From an uncultured virus (IMG/VR IMGVR_UViG_3300028805_000105) (Duplodnaviria > Heunggongvirae > Uroviricota > Caudoviricetes), in IMG/VR virus record IMGVR_UViG_3300028805_000105: a DNA stretch of 20,000 nt; one strand, written 5' to 3'. The first letter of the stretch is position 1, and each line of letters opens with the position of its first letter. The notes beneath the pieces were generated by a model that was not told the origin of the DNA, made no database searches, and saw only the letters and a list, made by a program, of their open reading frames with translations. This document shows positions 17,301-20,000 of this stretch, piece after piece. The position numbers and the translations under genes are program-made.

Positions 17301-18708
17301 GCTCAACTTCCAAAAGAAGGGCGGCGGCACCGCCGCTGCCGTGTTCAGGGGGCTGTTCCCGTTCCTCAATGCACGGATCAGGGGCATCGCGCAGATGTTC
17401 GAGATGGCGAGGGACGGCGACGCGAAACAGCGCGTAAGGTTTGGCGCGGTGCTGGCATGGGATGTGGCAAAAGGTTACATCATCCTGCAACTCAATATGC
17501 TTCTGCTGTCGCTCTTTGCGCCCGATGACGACGACGACGACAACGGTCGCGCCGACGTGCTGGATGCCTACGAGTTCCTGCAACAATACAAGGGCAACAA
17601 CAACCTTATCCTCTACCTGCCAAAGACGAAGAAGTTCGTCACGCAGCCCATGCCGCAGGAGTACGCCCCGTTCCTTGCCCTCGGAAACATTTGGTTCCGT
17701 GAGCAGATGGGGTGGAACACCACGCAGAGCATGACGGGTCAGATACTCGACATGTTCCTCGGGCAGTCGCCCATCGAGATCAGCGAGGGAGGCACGGCGA
17801 GCGGCAGGCTGATGCGCACCCTTTGGCCGGGCGGCACCAAGGAGATTGCCGAGGTCATCAACAACGAGAACTTCATGGGCGGCCAGATTTGGTACGACAA
17901 CCCATACAACCAAAGCGACGCCATGTGGACGAAGGCCAAGCCGAACACGCCGCAGATGCTTGTGGATTTCTCGAAGTGGCTCAACAAGGGGCAGGTGAAG
18001 CCCGTGAACGAGAACTGGGACAAACTGAACAATCCAGCCGCATGGTGGCACATCATCAAGGGCATGGCTGGCGGCACGGGCAGGACGGTGGAAAACGTGG
18101 TGAAGACCATAGAGCGCGTTACCGACGGAGAGAAGTTCAGTATAGAGGATGTGCCTGGTCTCCGCGCATGGTTCATCGGCAGCGACCCGCAGGACTACAA
18201 GTACGGTGTTCTCAACTCGTATTTGAGCCTCGGCGGTGACTTCTACAAGATGGCCAAGGAAAAGAACGACGACTACAAGAAGATGAGTGCCTACGACCCC
18301 GAGGTCATCAAGTGGTACGGCTCGCTCGACTACGAGATACTCAACTACCTGCAAATCTTCAAGACGGGCAAGAACCTCAACGGAGATGTCGTTTTCAGCA
18401 ACAAGGATGTCACCATCGACGCGCAATATGACGCGGTAAAGGCACTTAAGGCGAAGAAAGACCTGACCGACGACGAGAAGGAGCAGTTAAAGCAATTGGA
18501 GCAGACATTGCAGAACAGTGAGTACCAATGTATCAAGGCTTGCCAACTTGCCATCATCGCCAACCAAATGCAACAGACCCCGAAGAAGCCCATCAGCAAC
18601 GAGATGAAAGCCAGGATGAATGACTTGTTCAACGAGAAAGTTTACGAGAACGCTCACAAGGCCATGGGCGACTGGGACGAAGTGAAGGAGAAACTGGGTT
18701 TGGAATAG
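11296..18708 (+). CDS. Giant polyvalent virion protein, C-terminal part (LPD5-like, zincin+LPD1, zincin MPTase, kinase, LPD38-like)
   Basis: 2470-aa ORF with a GTG start and no intergenic leader; its frame is open from 11248. Motifs: IDDVGEKIGGARKD; FGFRGVEFGNY..AHEWWHALD..ELGARAF..YPYP; PIHEYTHLW; GSESRV..DLHRGNV..VID; RFAAY..LNFQKKG..FPFLNA. Confidence 0.9.
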   Translation: MLLMPKKISADYGGREFYYDLSDKTDRTDRTRRTEKAEKTDKTEEEPKKETKKQANTPSKAGPAKIDDVGEKIGGARKDLAQQMSGKIKLDADTFQKMFPKFDLKKLVEQGLDPKMAAAVMFLRQAAYAEYKQKNKRQGKDRALAAAKFFAAYAKQVLEKGDTDVEFTDSGWVFTDYGKIHVKANIALYGKIHDKMGNDMFDVDLTGYEIFPVNVDSKSTYTAYRKNEKGENVPFKPRYVTRTKSRTSYFKEDELDQAIDEVVSMVEQGVSYDKSHPYKLGVYYTRGKDNSFYVGVKIGNEVKALTEPGSLDATRAYLNEHEAELQAEAARVEQQTKEAKKKERPVAKVEIIKSDRSQGALYGYVFAVKIGKEYVNIMDDTFDLRTIYKYEKEHHDELQEKAQQMLDRYLEEKESGKGWKPQLNLGGGRARVGEDYRKGRDIGADEFRDTFGFRGVEFGNYVTQKERQRYLNEAYDAFMDLADLLGVSPKALSLGGQLGFAIGARGGGGKNAAHYEPELNVINLTKTQGAGSVAHEWWHALDFYFNQRNGERKRPATGNTVAESFDASVRREMAEAFVGLMEKVNDSEYFRRSKRLDNKTNRQYFATDTELGARAFQDYVQRRLTERGQVNDFLSSFTPEEQWNGEETTYPYPTGEEANAIDERFDNLFSTMEEREGENGAVELFSIGDGTDGTNGTDAQQVAYNAVREALANAGIEVVEATEDDVKRLKDSRKQLKDSKGTIRGWVGNDGKIHLTKDGLNAETPIHEYTHLWAEALQMTNPDLWEQIKGLLKDTPEWKRITSMKEYSNLKDDDRIAGEVLAHISGKKNAERMEAEAKRMIDEAPTLEEAAKAANLLGRMRNALKKFWTWVGKTLLGRKGNINIDQVSNMVLADLTNGIDPFNPRGGKRTNRTKRTDASVESVAREDGNEQPKPMPRDISANGYQHNNAFIEQDKKFIEYIESRTGVQFKKNLNSNSWYGVKDGKEIRISDHFNKKTDQDKYYFNEDADYIIAKINGTNPFERYSEGDTITHRILGEVEFISYNGEKGYVEVRLKDGSVHKYDEDRFAIPENYDIRYMVSPFQGIINEKGEIDNDRLNEVIDSVRRGVYQVSRISRELRDENETVPAIAAQAIAKGFVEAELARQRDDAAERKGADGRNERGTGRGVEEGVPASGRQDISRLIKQWAKDNGYWFDEKRIKGFGDEIKGGSESRVFRSKDGQTIVKSTGPYNYDGYNQLVIESMEMFGKVFPNTPYTILGFAEDTDGNLCVVASQPYVSGVSIKEYAEQQGWVVEDEITIGLDTERMNDFLERKISEQYGLNVSGGFGNYENLYYMVNDLHRGNVIVDANGDVSVIDANISLNTDDKFVDYLNDDIRFSITGPDNAIAGDYNRIAEEVNRKTGVTKEAVSGAVRWLKKAWRNWIDYARPIQQMQESIEKALGRKLRDSEDVFNSIYRMPNVVQSVYNNMDKAFMRPMKNAVGRVIDDLGLDFDEGYNAFSRYLIAKHGLERNEWFHQQALAKDPTAEEEDKAGLTGLAELLGKDPKDYKAVAEQVVKDFEAEVNPDNLKRMWKSINAVTDALLQMEFESGLTDKAHLNELKSGGRFKNYVPLRGFNSKTIGEYFDYDELIGQFANPIQRMKGRTSLAADPLAAIAEMMQGVILASEKNKVGLKFYHLTVNSKSDLLKLRNMWMEQNVKGEWVEVVPDIDEDATPEQVAEALARFEDEMKQKKAAGEKVKQGASRLDLTVDSSIDKDTKVLPKYAKRHEVTVYMNGKPRVIFVNGNPEIARIMNEGARKVNAEWLKPLFWLTRAKAQLNTTYSPLFPFRNTPRDMQFMLRNAFIMDGLKGWKVAQFNLARAMRAVPRLVATEYWTKSNTANLGKLLHRIRVTDQNGNIVETLTGKDAAERILQWWNEFMENGGETGMIKTLNAEKYEEELRESIRDLMNGKREDGESVLKKLTFGGMEQMGRISEDISRFAAYMAYRSTGHSIHQSATRANNITLNFQKKGGGTAAAVFRGLFPFLNARIRGIAQMFEMARDGDAKQRVRFGAVLAWDVAKGYIILQLNMLLLSLFAPDDDDDDNGRADVLDAYEFLQQYKGNNNLILYLPKTKKFVTQPMPQEYAPFLALGNIWFREQMGWNTTQSMTGQILDMFLGQSPIEISEGGTASGRLMRTLWPGGTKEIAEVINNENFMGGQIWYDNPYNQSDAMWTKAKPNTPQMLVDFSKWLNKGQVKPVNENWDKLNNPAAWWHIIKGMAGGTGRTVENVVKTIERVTDGEKFSIEDVPGLRAWFIGSDPQDYKYGVLNSYLSLGGDFYKMAKEKNDDYKKMSAYDPEVIKWYGSLDYEILNYLQIFKTGKNLNGDVVFSNKDVTIDAQYDAVKALKAKKDLTDDEKEQLKQLEQTLQNSEYQCIKACQLAIIANQMQQTPKKPISNEMKARMNDLFNEKVYENAHKAMGDWDEVKEKLGLE
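11362..11424 (+). repeat. Degenerate 9-bp tandem repeat (GATAGGACC-like, 7 units; DKT-DRT-DRT...)
   Basis: Units: gataagacc gataggacc gataggaca aggaggacg gagaaggcc gagaagact gacaagacc. Confidence 0.8.
12586..13305 (+). other. Zincin-like HEXXH metallopeptidase followed by an LPD1-like domain
   Basis: HEWWH at 12898-12912 is preceded by AHYEP..VINLTK and followed by YFATDTELGARAFQDYV and YPYPTGEE. Confidence 0.75.
13360..13390 (+). repeat. 9-bp tandem repeat (GATGGGACC x2, AATGGGACC)
   Basis: Encodes DGT-DGT-NGT-D. Confidence 0.85.
13510..13915 (+). other. Second zincin-like metallopeptidase domain (MPTase-type)
   Basis: GTIRGWV..GKIHL..PIHEYTHLW (HEYTH at 13594-13608), with a downstream EVLA glutamate. 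Confidence 0.75.
14017..14047 (+). repeat. 9-bp tandem repeat (AAGAGGACT AATAGGACG AAGAGGACT)
   Basis: Encodes KRT-NRT-KRT-D. Confidence 0.75.
14839..15375 (+). other. Ser/Thr/Tyr-type kinase domain (Kinase-PolyVal-like)
   Basis: GGSESRVF loop (14917-14940), IVK lysine (14968), FPNTPYTILGF, SQPYV, catalytic loop DLHRGNV (15307-15327) and VID. Confidence 0.8.
17200..18190 (+). other. Conserved C-terminal region of large polyvalent proteins including an LPD38-like domain
   Basis: RFAAYMAYR, NITLNFQKKG, LFPFLNA, a hydrophobic helix followed by poly-Asp, PMPQEY, NENFMGGQI and NPAAWWHIIKGMAGGTG. Confidence 0.65.
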
Positions 18709-18735
18709 GACTTATGGGACGGATGGGACTTATGG
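18704..18735 (+). repeat. 9-bp tandem repeat overlapping the stop codon (AATAGGACT TATGGGACG GATGGGACT TATGG)
   Basis: Read directly from the sequence; the first unit contains the TAG stop at 18706-18708. Confidence 0.8.
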
Positions 18736-18789
18736 CGTGCTATCGTCCTTTCGTGCTATCGGGATTATGACGATGAAAAACGGTGGAGA

Positions 18790-18969
18790 TTAAACTTCCC
18801 CGGTTATCTTATCCATAAGTTCTTCACGTTCTTTGGCAAGCCTTTCAAGTTCATTTTCAATAAAATCCATTTCTTCCCAAAAACGATTGACTCTTTTTAT
18901 CAAACATGCTGTTAGGCATATTCCGGCTACGGCTACAAATGCTATTAAAATTATCTTAATTGCAATCAT
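18790..18969 (-). CDS. Small membrane-anchored protein (59 aa), not in the ORF track
   Basis: Manual translation: MIAIKIILIAFVAVAGICLTACLIKRVNRFWEEMDFIENELERLAKEREELMDKITGEV*. It has an N-terminal hydrophobic helix plus a coiled coil, and its start overlaps the end of the 107-aa gene. Confidence 0.7.
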   Translation of the reverse strand: MIAIKIILIAFVAVAGICLTACLIKRVNRFWEEMDFIENELERLAKEREELMDKITGEV

Positions 18970-19279
18970 GGCTTTGTTTTTCCTTTAATGCTTGTCTAAT
19001 AAATTCAGACCTTAGCCTTCTTAATGTAGACCAACTTTTGGTTTCTTTAATATGTCTTACGAATGGGTGGTGGCTTACCTTGCGAATCCACTTGGTTTCG
19101 GGGTACGGATGCAAGAGAAGCTTTTCAACCCTCATTGTTTCGGCTTGTACAAGGTCGGTTTGGCCGAATTGACGGCATTTGTTGACGAGTACATCAAGTT
19201 CTTCTTCGAGCCATCTTTTTGTGAAGCGGATGTGCTGCAACGCTTTCTTCTGTTTGCGTGGTAGTTTCAGTTTTGTCAT
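18956..19279 (-). CDS. Basic hypothetical phage protein (107 aa, KLPRKQKK N-terminus)
   Basis: ORF tightly packed between the 69-aa and 59-aa minus-strand genes. Confidence 0.7.
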   Translation of the reverse strand: MTKLKLPRKQKKALQHIRFTKRWLEEELDVLVNKCRQFGQTDLVQAETMRVEKLLLHPYPETKWIRKVSHHPFVRHIKETKSWSTLRRLRSEFIRQALKEKQSHDCN

Positions 19280-19283
19280 GGCG

Positions 19284-19493
19284 TTATTGTTTTGGAACTG
19301 ATACGATTGCTTCCATTTGTTCGTTTATCAGATTGACTAACCTGCGTTCTTCTTCGACGGATAGCGCAAGTGCATTTTGGATATGTTGTGCGCATTCTTG
19401 GCAGATGAAAATTGGATTAGGGTCGTACTTCCATCCGAGCCTGACGGCATTGTCTTCTTGAATCTCCTTTTGGCAGATATAGCATTTTTTCAT
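19284..19493 (-). CDS. Small C4 zinc-finger protein (69 aa)
   Basis: CYIC...CQEC pair followed by a helical tail; first gene downstream of the minus-strand TATCTTTG promoter box at 19515-19522. Confidence 0.75.
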   Translation of the reverse strand: MKKCYICQKEIQEDNAVRLGWKYDPNPIFICQECAQHIQNALALSVEEERRLVNLINEQMEAIVSVPKQ

Positions 19494-19513
19494 GGCTGAT
19501 TGTTTTTATTGCG

Positions 19514-19598
19514 GCAAAGATAGGAATTATTTTCAAACACAAAGTTTCGTTTCTGACTTTTTACGACTTGCAGGCGGTTGATGTTTGGGAATTTTGCA
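19514..19598. promoter_or_regulatory. Second copy of the divergent promoter architecture
   Basis: GCAAAGATAGG at 19514-19524, TTTCTGACTTTTTACGA at 19550-19566 and AATTTTGCA at 19590-19598. Confidence 0.7.
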
Positions 19599-19629
19599 TC
19601 CTACAAGTTTCACAAAAACAACACACACC

Positions 19630-19980
19630 ATGGAAGAAAAAGACCAGAAGACGGAAGTTGCCAAAGACCAAGCGCAACCCGCAGAACAGGCGAAGCAGCC
19701 TGAAAACAACGCGAACACCGAGGCCATGATGCAGATGATGAAGCACATGTGGCCCGACACCAACGAGCAGAGGGAAAAGGAGTACTGGCGCAACCTGCAC
19801 AAGGAACTCATCTACCACTATGAGATGGAGCTGAAGATGCAAGGCGAAATCAAGGACTTCAACGAGTTGATGTCGAACGCCATCACCTACGCAAGATTCG
19901 TGATGAACGAAATCCAAGCCTACGAGCGCGGCGACTACAAGAGACTGTTCGAGCAGAATCAACCTAATACTAACAATTAA
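19630..19980 (+). CDS. Hypothetical phage protein (116 aa, MEEKDQKTEV...)
   Basis: ATG 19630 follows an A/C-rich leader and is in frame with track ORF 19585..19980. Its codon style resembles the virion cassette. Another ATG follows at 19994. Confidence 0.75.
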   Translation: MEEKDQKTEVAKDQAQPAEQAKQPENNANTEAMMQMMKHMWPDTNEQREKEYWRNLHKELIYHYEMELKMQGEIKDFNELMSNAITYARFVMNEIQAYERGDYKRLFEQNQPNTNN

Positions 19981-20000
19981 AAATCACAGACAAATGGGAG

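Noticed and set aside
10888..18426. Very long antisense ORFs (10888..14154, 15253..18426; also 1736..3247, 3389..4330, 7808..8872, 10037..11389)
   Set aside because: They mirror the sense genes, are rich in V/L/H as expected from antisense reading of biased codons, and carry no recognisable motifs.
18736..18790. Intrinsic terminator after the giant gene
   Set aside because: Only a 10-bp direct repeat (CGTGCTATCG x2) and a weak ATCGTC/GACGAT pairing are present, with no strong stem followed by a U-tract.

Overview
This window looks like part of a Bacteroidales (Prevotella-like) tailed phage or prophage. The host call rests on TAnnTTTG-type promoters and A-rich leaders without Shine-Dalgarno sequences. 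Bases 256-1233 are about 1 kb of apparently non-coding, strand-skewed DNA with G-runs, palindromes and a triple 11-bp repeat. A co-oriented + strand cassette follows: two probable internal-virion (ejection) proteins (1622-2284, 2297-3331) and a giant polyvalent protein gene (3347-18708). That gene appears as two ORFs (2652 aa and 2470 aa). One extra G at about 11275-11277 joins them into a single ~5120-aa reading frame and repairs a split sliding-clamp-like domain. Domains recognisable by motif, in order, are: ADP-ribosyltransferase, DdrB-like ParB, inorganic pyrophosphatase, beta-clamp-like, LPD5-like, zincin plus LPD1, a second zincin, an unassigned RISDH domain, a Tudor/SH3-like module, a Ser/Thr-type kinase and an LPD38-like C-terminus. 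Small minus-strand genes flank the cassette. The two divergent intergenic regions (~1510-1600 and ~19510-19600) share an identically spaced three-part regulatory architecture. All domain calls are by-eye motif recognition, not database searches.
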